Positions 38,897-47,535 of a stretch of DNA of 64,000 nucleotides are shown in pieces. Both the position numbers and the translations under genes were made by a program. The number at the start of each line of letters is the position of its first letter. The first letter of the stretch is position 1. Source of the stretch: an uncultured bacterium (lineage in GTDB: Bacteria > Omnitrophota > Omnitrophia > Omnitrophales > Aquincolibacteriaceae); the NCBI GenBank assembly GCA_964385615.1, contig CAYLPP010000009.1, forward strand, positions 3,854 to 67,853, in the 5' to 3' direction. The notes beneath the pieces are model-generated. The model did no database searches. It worked only from the letters and a program-made list of their open reading frames with translations, and was not told the origin of the DNA.

Positions 38897-40552
38897 ATGA
38901 AAAAAATCCGCTTTGCCATGGCTCAGATGAACCCTACTGTGGGAGATTACGAGGCCAACTCCGAAAAAATTCTGGAATGGATTCGTCAGGCAGAGCTTAA
39001 ATCCGCGGACCTGATTGTTTTCCCGGAACTTGCCTTATGCGGGTACCCAGTGTGGGACCTTGCGGTTCGAAAGCCCTTTATTCGCCAAGGCTTAAAATAC
39101 TTGGAGAAAATCGCGGCTGCCACAAAGCGGATGAATGTGACGGTTGCAATTGGCTATATCGATACGCCCAAATCCGGCTCCCGAAGCTTAAACGCTATGG
39201 CCTGGATTTCGCGCGGAAAAATGATCGGGCGCGCCGTGAAAAGGCTTCTTCCCACCTATGACGTTTTTCTGGAACAAATTTTCTTTGAGCCCGGCAAGCA
39301 GAGCGATATTGTAAAGACTCCGCATTTCAAGGCGGGACCTCTTATTTGCGAAGACCTGTGGGATGCCGGCTATGAACATAAACCGATTGAAGATCTGGCC
39401 CGCAAATGTCCGGATTTTATTGTCAGCATTTCGGCCTCGCCTTTTTACCGGGGTGTGGCCGGAGTCCGTGACCAGCTGGTAAAATCTCACGCGAAAAAGT
39501 ACCGGCTTCCGCTTCTCTACCTGAATCAGGTTGGGGGACAGGATGATCTGATTTTTGACGGGCGTAGTTTTTTTGCCGATGCCTCGGGCAAAATTCTTTT
39601 TCGGGCTCCCGCTTTTCAGGAAGGGTTGTTCTTTTTCGATTGGGATCCATCCGGCGCGGTGAGGGAAGCTCCGCCGGCCGTTTACCGGGATGCTCCCGAA
39701 GAGATTTATAAAGCGCTGGTTCTTGGTATCCAGGACTATTGCCGGAAAAATCAGTTTAAAAAAGTCGTGATTGGATTGTCAGGAGGCATCGATTCAGCCC
39801 TTGTCGCGGCGCTCGCTGTTGACGCGCTTGGCGCGGCCGCGGTCACGGGTGTGACCATGCCCGGCCCCCATTCTTCTTCCGGCAGTTGGGAAGATTCGGA
39901 GGAACTGGCGGCGCGGCTCAAAATAGAATTTCGAACCCACTCTATTTCTGAAGATTATGAATTCTTCATGACCCATTACGCGCAAGACCGCAAAAAAGCG
40001 GGTGCTAAACCTGACTACAAGCAGATCAATCTCGCCATGGAAAATCTTCAGGCCCGCCTTCGCGGTTTGAAGCTCATGTTTATCTCCAATGATGAAAACC
40101 GCCTGGTCCTGACGACCGGGAATAAATCCGAACTTGCGATGGGCTACTGCACCCTTTACGGCGACATGGCCGGCGGTCTTGCTGTGATTGGAGATGTTTA
40201 TAAAACCGATGTTTACCGGCTGGCGGAATACCGTAACAGTATTTCAAAGGTCATTCCTGAAAAAATTATCCGTAAAGCACCGTCGGCTGAACTGCGCCCG
40301 AATCAGAAAGATCAGGATTCTCTTCCTCCTTACGAAATGCTCGACAAGGTTCTCTATCATTACATCGAAAAAAATCTAGGTCTTCAGGATATCGTCCAAA
40401 AAGTGAAGATGCCGTCTGCCCGGATCGCGGAGATTCTCCGCGGTGTCGATAGAAATGAATACAAAAGGCGCCAGACACCTCCGATCCTGCGCGTGACTGA
40501 AAAAGCCTGGTTCGGCCGGCGCATGCCGATCACTAACCGCTTTATTGATTAA
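38897..40552 (+). CDS. nadE: Glutamine-dependent NAD+ synthetase (nitrilase/CN-hydrolase domain + NAD synthase domain)
   Basis: N-terminal CN hydrolase domain (FPELALCGYP) and C-terminal PP-loop GLSGGIDSALVAALA. Confidence 0.9.
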   Translation: MKKIRFAMAQMNPTVGDYEANSEKILEWIRQAELKSADLIVFPELALCGYPVWDLAVRKPFIRQGLKYLEKIAAATKRMNVTVAIGYIDTPKSGSRSLNAMAWISRGKMIGRAVKRLLPTYDVFLEQIFFEPGKQSDIVKTPHFKAGPLICEDLWDAGYEHKPIEDLARKCPDFIVSISASPFYRGVAGVRDQLVKSHAKKYRLPLLYLNQVGGQDDLIFDGRSFFADASGKILFRAPAFQEGLFFFDWDPSGAVREAPPAVYRDAPEEIYKALVLGIQDYCRKNQFKKVVIGLSGGIDSALVAALAVDALGAAAVTGVTMPGPHSSSGSWEDSEELAARLKIEFRTHSISEDYEFFMTHYAQDRKKAGAKPDYKQINLAMENLQARLRGLKLMFISNDENRLVLTTGNKSELAMGYCTLYGDMAGGLAVIGDVYKTDVYRLAEYRNSISKVIPEKIIRKAPSAELRPNQKDQDSLPPYEMLDKVLYHYIEKNLGLQDIVQKVKMPSARIAEILRGVDRNEYKRRQTPPILRVTEKAWFGRRMPITNRFID

Positions 40553-41676
40553 TGCTCACCCTAGGCATTCCGAAAGAAATCAAACCCTTTGAAAACCGTG
40601 TGGGCCTGACGCCCTCCTGCGCCCGCGTGCTGAGCGAAAAAGGCGTCAGGGTTTTTGTAGAAACCCGGGCTGGGGAAAAGTCAGGATTTAAAGATTCGGA
40701 TTATCAGAAAGCCGGGGCTGAAGTGCTGGGTTCCGCGGATCAAGTCTACGCGCGGGCGGAGATGATTCAGAAAGTCAAAGAGCCTCAGGAAGCGGAATTT
40801 CACAGGTTGGGCAGGGAACAAGTTCTGTTCTGCTATCTGCATTTGGCTTCGCCTGAAAATTGCAAGTTGGTTAAGACCCTCGTTGAAAAAGGGATTACCG
40901 CTGTGGGTTTTGAGACTCTGGAAACCGGCGGAGCTTTGCCTTTGCTAGCACCTATGAGTGAAATTGCCGGGAGTCTTTCAGCGGCTTATGCCTCTTTCTT
41001 TAAGAATAATCCGGAAGCGCAATGGAATCTGAGCTCGCTTGAGAGGGTTGCGGCTCAATTCCCGGATCTTTATCAAACAGGTTCGCCGGGCCGTGCCGTG
41101 ATTTGGGGCGGGGGAACCGCGGGGCAGGCGGCGCTACGGACGGTTTTGCGTTTAGGCGGAAAACCGGCGGTTATCGAGAAAAATCCGGAACGCCGGGAAA
41201 TTCTCAAGACTTGGACGCCGGACGTTTTTGATCCGGCTGAAGTTCCCGAAGACAAGCTACGGGAAGCGGACGTTTTTATCGGATCGGTTCATGTCCGGGG
41301 CGCGCGCGCGTTTCAGGTGCTGACTCCTGAAAAGTTGGCGGATTACAGCCGGGAAGTTAAAAAAATCCTGATGGATATTTCAATCGATCAGGGCGGAAAT
41401 TTTCCGGACAGCCGTCCCACGACTTATGAACGTCCGGTTTACCGTGACACGGCAGGAAATCTTCGGTTTTGTGTCCCGAACATTCCTTCTTTGGGCGGTC
41501 AGGCAGCTTCGGAGATGCTTTCCCGCGCCGCTTTGCCGTATACACTCGAGTTTTTGCAGGGGATTAAAGCCGCGTTTAAGAATCCGGATTTGAAGCGGGC
41601 CGTAAATGTGCGGGGCGGTGAAATTCTGATTCCCGAAGTCGCCCGGGCGCATGATGAAAAAACAGCTGAAGCTTGA
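40552..41676 (+). CDS. ald: Alanine dehydrogenase
   Basis: Blocks GALPLLAPMSEIAG and IDQGGNFPDSRPTTYERP closely match conserved AlaDH segments. 1-nt overlap (TAATG) with nadE. Confidence 0.8.
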   Translation: MLTLGIPKEIKPFENRVGLTPSCARVLSEKGVRVFVETRAGEKSGFKDSDYQKAGAEVLGSADQVYARAEMIQKVKEPQEAEFHRLGREQVLFCYLHLASPENCKLVKTLVEKGITAVGFETLETGGALPLLAPMSEIAGSLSAAYASFFKNNPEAQWNLSSLERVAAQFPDLYQTGSPGRAVIWGGGTAGQAALRTVLRLGGKPAVIEKNPERREILKTWTPDVFDPAEVPEDKLREADVFIGSVHVRGARAFQVLTPEKLADYSREVKKILMDISIDQGGNFPDSRPTTYERPVYRDTAGNLRFCVPNIPSLGGQAASEMLSRAALPYTLEFLQGIKAAFKNPDLKRAVNVRGGEILIPEVARAHDEKTAEA

Positions 41677-41708
41677 AGCTATCAAGGGTATAATACGCCC
41701 TTCAAAAA

Positions 41709-42065
41709 TTGATAAGCAAAGGAACTGCAAGGTTGCACGCTAAAAAAATTGCCCTCCTGGCCCGTGAGGCCGCGGAAGATAAACAAGCTGAAGAACCGGT
41801 TGTGCTGGACGTCGGGAAACTGACCAGTCTGGCCCATTACTTTTTGGTCATGCACGGGAATTCAGACCGGCATGTCCGTGCGATTGCCCAGAACATTATT
41901 GATGTGATGCGGGAGCACAAGGTTAAGCTCTGGCATCAGGAAGGCGTTCAAAGCGGGCAGTGGGTGCTTCTGGATTTCGGCCCCGTGATCATTCATATCT
42001 TCTACAAGGAAATCCGCGAGTTCTATAACCTCGAACGGCTCTGGGGCGACGCCCCCAAGTTATGA
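41709..42065 (+). CDS. rsfS: Ribosomal silencing factor RsfS (Iojap family)
   Basis: HYFLVMHGNSDRHVRAIA...GQWVLLDFGPVIIHIF...REFYNLERLW matches the RsfS consensus. Confidence 0.8.
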   Translation: MISKGTARLHAKKIALLAREAAEDKQAEEPVVLDVGKLTSLAHYFLVMHGNSDRHVRAIAQNIIDVMREHKVKLWHQEGVQSGQWVLLDFGPVIIHIFYKEIREFYNLERLWGDAPKL

Positions 42066-43720
42066 ACGAAAGTTTAATTCAGCTTATTCAGGCGGGTTCG
42101 GCGAAATACGCCGAAGCTAATGCCTTAGAGCTTCCTTCCGATTTTCAGGTTGACCTTGTCGTGACCAAAGACTCCGCGCATGGCGATCTGGCTTCAAATG
42201 TCGCTTTCAAACTTTCCAAGCTTGCCCGTAAAAAACCTTTTGAAGTGGCGCAGGCTCTTCTTCCTCATATTGAAAAGGCGGCTTCCGCGACCGGCGCGGT
42301 AGAAAAAATGGAAATTGCCGGAGGCGGATTCATCAATTTCTTTTTGACAAAAAAATCTTTGGGTCAGGTTCTGCTGGATGTTCAGGCCCAGGATAAAAAT
42401 TACGGCCGTTCCGAAGCGGGCAAAGGGCGCAAAGTCCTTTTGGAATTCGTCAGCGCCAATCCGACCGGTCCGCTTACGATCGCGCACGGCCGTCAAGCCG
42501 TGATCGGCGACACGCTGGCGCGTATTTTGAAAGCCACCGGCCATGACGCCAAAGCTGAATATTATTTGAATGACGCGGGACGCCAGATGCGCCTGCTGGG
42601 TGCCAGCCTTTACGCGCGCTATTGCACGCTGTTGGGGAAGGAAACGCCTCTGCCTGAAGATGGATATCAGGGAGACTACCTGATTGAGATCGCGCGGGAT
42701 TTGAAGAATCAAAAAGGGGATGCCCTTTTAAAAGAGGCTGAAGATAAGGCTAAGGATTTCTGCCGGAAGTTCGCCGGCGATACCATCATGAAGGGAATTA
42801 TCGAAGATCAAAATTCCATTGATGTGAAATTTGACACGTATTTTAACGAGACCTCACTTTACGAATCAAATGAAGTGGAGGCGACTCTGGAATTTTTAAA
42901 AAAGAAGGGCCACCTGTTTGAAGAGGATGGTGCCCTTTGGTTCCGTTCCACCGCTTTTGGCGATGATAAGGACCGGGTCGTTAAAAAATCGACCGGCGAG
43001 TTTACTTACCTGGCGCCGGATATCGCTTATCACCGGAAAAAATTTGAACGCGGATTTGATATGCTGGTCAACTTTTTAGGGCCGGACCACCACGGCTATA
43101 TCGTCCGCTTGAAAGCGGCTTGTCAGGCGCTGGGTTACAACGCGGATCAGATTGAAGTCCGAATCGTTCAGCTGACGACTTTATACCGCAAAGGCGAGCC
43201 GGTGCGTATGTCCACCCGGGCGGGAGAATTCATTACCTTGCGTGAGCTGGTCCAAGAAGTAGGCGCGGACGCGACCCGCTGCTTCTTTGTGATGCGCAAA
43301 ATTGAAAGCCATCTGGATTTCGATTTAGATCTCGCGAAGGAAAAGTCTCAGGAAAACCCCGTTTTCTACCTTCAGTATGGGCACGCACGGATTGCAAGCT
43401 TGCTGAAATTTTCAGGGCGTCCCGTGAACCTCAAGGCCAGTCTGGAGCGCCTCGTTTCGGAAGAAGAGAAAGATTTGATCCGCCGGATCAGCGAATTTCC
43501 GAAAGTGCTGGTCAAGGCGAGTGAACTGCTTGAGCCTTACCGGTTGGCGGACTACCTGCGCGATCTGGCCGCGGGCTTTCATAAATTTTATTCCCAGCAC
43601 CGCATTGTGACTGAAGATATCGAATTGACCGACTCACGCCTTCTGCTGGCGGATTGCGCCCGCATCACGCTTCGAAACGGTCTAGCTCTCTTAGGGATCT
43701 CTCAGCCCGAGTCGATGTGA
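42062..43720 (+). CDS. argS: Arginine--tRNA ligase
   Basis: Class-I HIGH-like motif FVSANPTGPLTIAHGR and ArgS N-terminal Add-1 domain. Confidence 0.95.
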   Translation: MNESLIQLIQAGSAKYAEANALELPSDFQVDLVVTKDSAHGDLASNVAFKLSKLARKKPFEVAQALLPHIEKAASATGAVEKMEIAGGGFINFFLTKKSLGQVLLDVQAQDKNYGRSEAGKGRKVLLEFVSANPTGPLTIAHGRQAVIGDTLARILKATGHDAKAEYYLNDAGRQMRLLGASLYARYCTLLGKETPLPEDGYQGDYLIEIARDLKNQKGDALLKEAEDKAKDFCRKFAGDTIMKGIIEDQNSIDVKFDTYFNETSLYESNEVEATLEFLKKKGHLFEEDGALWFRSTAFGDDKDRVVKKSTGEFTYLAPDIAYHRKKFERGFDMLVNFLGPDHHGYIVRLKAACQALGYNADQIEVRIVQLTTLYRKGEPVRMSTRAGEFITLRELVQEVGADATRCFFVMRKIESHLDFDLDLAKEKSQENPVFYLQYGHARIASLLKFSGRPVNLKASLERLVSEEEKDLIRRISEFPKVLVKASELLEPYRLADYLRDLAAGFHKFYSQHRIVTEDIELTDSRLLLADCARITLRNGLALLGISQPESM

Positions 43721-44640
43721 AACCGCTCGTCCTTTTTATCGTCGGGCCGACGGCATCCGGAAAATCCGCGGCCGCGGTTGAACTCGCGCGCCTGATACAC
43801 GGTGAAATTATTTCCGCCGATTCCATGCAGGTTTATCAGAGAATGGATATCGGCACCGCCAAACCCGCATTGCGTGAGCGGAAAAAAATTCCTCATTACC
43901 TTTTGGATGAAATTCCGCCATCGTGCTCCTTTTCTGTTTTTGATTTTTACCGCCGGGCGCTCAAAGCCATTAAGCTGATTCATCGTAAAGGAAAAATTCC
44001 CATTGTGGCCGGCGGTACGGGTTTGTATGTCCGCAGTTTGCTTCAAGGCTTTGAGCCTGGACCTTCCGCTAACCCGGCGCTGCGGAAAAAGCTTTCGAAA
44101 ATTGCTGAGAAAAAGGGGAGCCCTTATCTCCATCAGCAGCTTCAAAAAAAGAATCCCGCGCGGGCAGCTCAGCTAAATCCGAATGATTTAAAGCGGATTA
44201 TCCGGGCTTTGGAAATTCTGGAAACTCCGGTGAAAGCGGGAAAGAAAACCTGTCACTCACTCGAGTCTCTGGGGTTTGAGGTTCGGGCCGCGGGTTTGCA
44301 GTGTGACCGCCAGGAGCTCTATGGCCGGATTAACCGCCGGGTGGATGCCATGTTCCGGAAGGGGTTGGTCCGGGAGGCAAAAAGCCTTCTCCGGAGCCGG
44401 ATTTCACCCACAGCAAGCCAGGCTTTGGGCTATAAAGAGGTCTGGGAGGCCTTGAAAGCCGGTCAAGGCCTGGATACGGCCCGGGAAGCCGTAAAGCTAA
44501 GGACACGCCATTTTGCCAAGCGGCAGATGACCTGGTTTCGCCGGGAACCGGGTATCCGGTGGGTTGAGATTCCTTCAGGCATTACGCCCAGGAAAGCCGC
44601 TGTAATGATTGCCCGCACTTTTGGATTAACAAGTATTTGA
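43717..44640 (+). CDS. miaA: tRNA dimethylallyltransferase
   Basis: P-loop GPTASGKS and ISADSMQVYQRMDIGTAKP signature. GTG at 43717 gives a GTGA overlap with the argS stop. Confidence 0.9.
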   Translation: MKPLVLFIVGPTASGKSAAAVELARLIHGEIISADSMQVYQRMDIGTAKPALRERKKIPHYLLDEIPPSCSFSVFDFYRRALKAIKLIHRKGKIPIVAGGTGLYVRSLLQGFEPGPSANPALRKKLSKIAEKKGSPYLHQQLQKKNPARAAQLNPNDLKRIIRALEILETPVKAGKKTCHSLESLGFEVRAAGLQCDRQELYGRINRRVDAMFRKGLVREAKSLLRSRISPTASQALGYKEVWEALKAGQGLDTAREAVKLRTRHFAKRQMTWFRREPGIRWVEIPSGITPRKAAVMIARTFGLTSI

Positions 44641-44740
44641 CAGCTCCGGAAATTCTCGTGTATTATTTTTGCGAAGTATGAACACGAGTGGTTTTAAGCA
44701 CAGCCGAAAGGCTGCGGTTCAATCTATGAAGTGAAGGGAA

Positions 44741-44777
44741 AAGCCGTAATCGGTTTCGTCCGATGACGGCTTTTTTA
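44741..44777 (+). terminator. Intrinsic terminator after miaA (AAGCCGT...ACGGCTT stem + TTTTTT)
   Basis: 7-bp stem followed by a T-run, read directly from sequence. Confidence 0.6.
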
Positions 44778-44818
44778 CTTTTTAGGCCCGGCAAGGTCTC
44801 AAGAAAGGAAACAACAAA

Positions 44819-45046
44819 ATGGCTAAAGGTACAGTGAAGTGGTTCAGCAATCAAAAAGGTTACGGGTTTATCACCCCTGAAAATGGAAAAGATGTTTTCG
44901 TCCATTTCAGCGCGATTCAGGGAGATGGTTACAAATCTCTGAACGAAGGCGAGACGGTGGAGTTTGAAATCGCCAATGGTCCGAAGGGTGAACAGGCTGT
45001 GAACGTGACCCGTTCCGGCAGTGGACAGGCCCAGAGCAGGCATTAA
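44819..45046 (+). CDS. csp: Cold-shock protein (CspA family)
   Basis: [20 protein letters not shown]... has canonical RNP1/RNP2 motifs. Long 5' UTR upstream. Confidence 0.9.
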   Translation: MAKGTVKWFSNQKGYGFITPENGKDVFVHFSAIQGDGYKSLNEGETVEFEIANGPKGEQAVNVTRSGSGQAQSRH

Positions 45047-45072
45047 GCCTTTTTTGAGACCTTAAAAAAGTA

Positions 45073-45108
45073 GGGCCTGCTCCGAAAGGGCAGGCCTTAT
45101 TTTTTTTG
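45073..45108 (+). terminator. Intrinsic terminator after csp (GGCCTGC...GCAGGCC stem + T8)
   Basis: GC-rich stem immediately followed by TTTTTTTT. Confidence 0.7.
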
Positions 45109-45127
45109 GGGGGGATCTCGAAAAAAA

Positions 45128-45649
45128 ATGAGAATGTGTTATCTTTTTAGCAGTATGAGAAAAATCCTGCTTTTAAGTTTTTTGTTTTCTTTTTTATTTT
45201 CGTTCAATCTATTTGGGTTCAGTATTGATTCTGCCAGAAGTTCGGAAAGCAGTGCTTCTTCGAGCGCTTCAACGGGAACTCAGACTCAATCCACATCAAC
45301 GGCAGCTTCTTCTACAGCTTCTGCTAATTCTCAGGGAACGGTGGTCGGCGGGACGGTGACTTACTTAAAGTCGTCTTCTTTTGGTACCGCGAATTTCACC
45401 TCGTTAGGGGCAACCTCCACGATGTCCACTTCCGCGGCGACCGGAACAGCTCCGACAACAACCCAGAGTACCCCCTTTGCCCTTGGGAGCAGCTCTACCA
45501 GCACCAGCCCTTCTGCAACAGGCACCACCGGAACCTCTTCAGGAACCTCAACCGGGAGCACGACTTCTTCGCTTTCTGGCGGGTTTAAAATGGGGCAGGT
45601 AAGCTCCTTCAGTTCTCCTTCGACCTCTGTTTCTACAGAGACCAGCTAA
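45128..45649 (+). CDS. Hypothetical Ser/Thr-rich secreted protein (mucin-like low complexity)
   Basis: Hydrophobic N-terminus (LLLSFLFSFLFSF) followed by ~140 aa of S/T/A/G-rich sequence. Could be a real surface protein or a spurious ORF. Confidence 0.3.
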   Translation: MRMCYLFSSMRKILLLSFLFSFLFSFNLFGFSIDSARSSESSASSSASTGTQTQSTSTAASSTASANSQGTVVGGTVTYLKSSSFGTANFTSLGATSTMSTSAATGTAPTTTQSTPFALGSSSTSTSPSATGTTGTSSGTSTGSTTSSLSGGFKMGQVSSFSSPSTSVSTETS

Positions 45650-45782
45650 GCCTAAAATTCACTTAAAATACTTTCCCCAGTTTTTTGCAATCCCCTAAAC
45701 CGCCGGGTATACTTCGGTTAGTAACAAAACTGACATATAAAACAAAGATCACCACTGGGGCGGGCAGGGAACCGCGAATTTT

Positions 45783-46391
45783 ATGGACCCAAAAACTCAG
45801 AAACTCTATACGACTCACGAAGTGGCAAAACTTCTTGGAGTGACTCCTATTACCGTGATCCGCTGGATTGAAAGCGGAAAATTCAAGTGCTTTACCACGG
45901 TGGGCGGTCACCGCCGGATCGGCCATGAAGAGCTCGTTAAATTCGCGAAAGCCTACAACCTGCCCTGGAGGGGAGACGAGGAAGTGGAAAAACGTCAGGA
46001 ATATGTGGTTCTTACGGTGGATGACGAACCGGACATGCTGGAAATGGAACAGGATATGCTTTCGGGTATCACGGATTTGAAGCTCATTTCGGTGAGTAAC
46101 GGATTCACAGCCGGAGCTAAATTAGTCGAGGAACGGCCGGATCTGGTGCTTCTGGATTTTTTAATGCCTGAACTGGATGGGTTTGAGTTTTGCCGTTTTG
46201 TCCGCGAAGATCCTCGTTTCAAAGACCTTCCGATTGTCGCGGTGACAGGCCTGAAGAACGACCTGGACATCCGGAAAATCAGGGAAGCGGGAGTCACGGA
46301 ACTTCTGTCGAAGCCGTTTACGGCGCAGGTATTGATCGACAAAGTCGAACATTTCCGCAACTTGAAGAAGACCGGGCGCTCGGCGGCCTGA
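45783..46391 (+). CDS. Response regulator with N-terminal excisionase/MerR-type HTH domain and C-terminal receiver domain
   Basis: HTH_17-like TTHEVAKLLGVTPITVIRWIESGK. REC domain VLTVDDEPDML...LVLLDFLMPELDG...PIVAVTGLKND...KPF. Confidence 0.7.
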   Translation: MDPKTQKLYTTHEVAKLLGVTPITVIRWIESGKFKCFTTVGGHRRIGHEELVKFAKAYNLPWRGDEEVEKRQEYVVLTVDDEPDMLEMEQDMLSGITDLKLISVSNGFTAGAKLVEERPDLVLLDFLMPELDGFEFCRFVREDPRFKDLPIVAVTGLKNDLDIRKIREAGVTELLSKPFTAQVLIDKVEHFRNLKKTGRSAA

Positions 46392-46405
46392 AAGGCGGTC
46401 AGACC

Positions 46406-47500
46406 ATGAGCACGGATTCGGGTATCCTGAGTCCCGGCAGCGCGCATTTAATCGGCAACGGATTAACAGCCCTTCTCTATCTTCTCTGCTTTCTCTCGAC
46501 GATTCGCATCATGGCCATGAAGGCCGGAACCCGCAATGCTTTTGTCGGCTCTATCGCTTTTCTCTTTCTTGTTTTTACCTGGATGTTCTCGGTTCACGCT
46601 TTTATGGCTCCGCAGTGGAAAAGTTTTCCGATGGAATGTGTATGGCTGGTCACCTCAAGTATTCCGGCCGTGATTTTTCTTTTCGGGCGCGGGCAGTTTT
46701 CCGTTATTTCGCGTGTTGAGGCGATGGCTTCGGCGGAAAAGTTCAATCAGATGAAGGAGGAATTTTTGTCTGTGGCTTCTCACGAGCTCCGGACGCCTCT
46801 TTCCGTGATTACCGGGTTCGCGGAGATTCTGGTCCGTGAAAAGCTCGGTCCGCTCAATGACGAACAAAAGCGCCGGGTCAGAAAAATCCTGATGCAGGGC
46901 CAGCGGCTTAACCGGATTGTGGATGAACTCCTGGATTTGTCGAGAATCCGCTCAGGAAAAGTGGAAGTCCGCCATGAGGTTTTTGACTTGGTGCCGGTGC
47001 TTAAAGCCTGTCTTGATGACCATCAAGTGGTTTGTGAACAGCAAAAATTAAAGTTAATTGACGCGGTTCCAGATATCCTTCATGACGTATCGGGTGATTT
47101 GGAGCGGGTCACTCAAATTACGGTAAATTTACTGAATAACGCGATTAAATACACGGGCGGAGGGGGAACGGTAACCCTGAGCGCGGTCGAAGATAAAATG
47201 GCAGGGGAAGTCCGCATTGAAATCCGCGATACCGGCATTGGAATTGATCCCAAAGAACAGCCCCGTGTATTCGAGGAATTTTTCAGATGTTCCGACGCCA
47301 ATGCCCGCAAATTTTCCGGCAGCGGTCTCGGGCTTGCGATCGTTAAACAGCTGGTAGAAGCCCAGAAAGGCCGGGTCGGTTTGAGCAGTGAAGGACTCGG
47401 CAAGGGGACGGTCTTTTATTTCACCATTCCGATGGCGCGGCGCACCGCGACCAAGAATGCCGAAATTTTCTGCGCGGTTCCAAAACGCCAAGCCTCCTGA
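46406..47500 (+). CDS. Membrane-anchored sensor histidine kinase
   Basis: Four to five TM helices, H-box FLSVASHELRTPLSVI, and N/G1/G2 boxes (LLNNAIKYT, DTGIGI, GSGLGLAIV). Confidence 0.8.
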   Translation: MSTDSGILSPGSAHLIGNGLTALLYLLCFLSTIRIMAMKAGTRNAFVGSIAFLFLVFTWMFSVHAFMAPQWKSFPMECVWLVTSSIPAVIFLFGRGQFSVISRVEAMASAEKFNQMKEEFLSVASHELRTPLSVITGFAEILVREKLGPLNDEQKRRVRKILMQGQRLNRIVDELLDLSRIRSGKVEVRHEVFDLVPVLKACLDDHQVVCEQQKLKLIDAVPDILHDVSGDLERVTQITVNLLNNAIKYTGGGGTVTLSAVEDKMAGEVRIEIRDTGIGIDPKEQPRVFEEFFRCSDANARKFSGSGLGLAIVKQLVEAQKGRVGLSSEGLGKGTVFYFTIPMARRTATKNAEIFCAVPKRQAS

Positions 47501-47535
47501 ATTTTAATAATTCTTCGTGAAAAATCCCTGAAATT

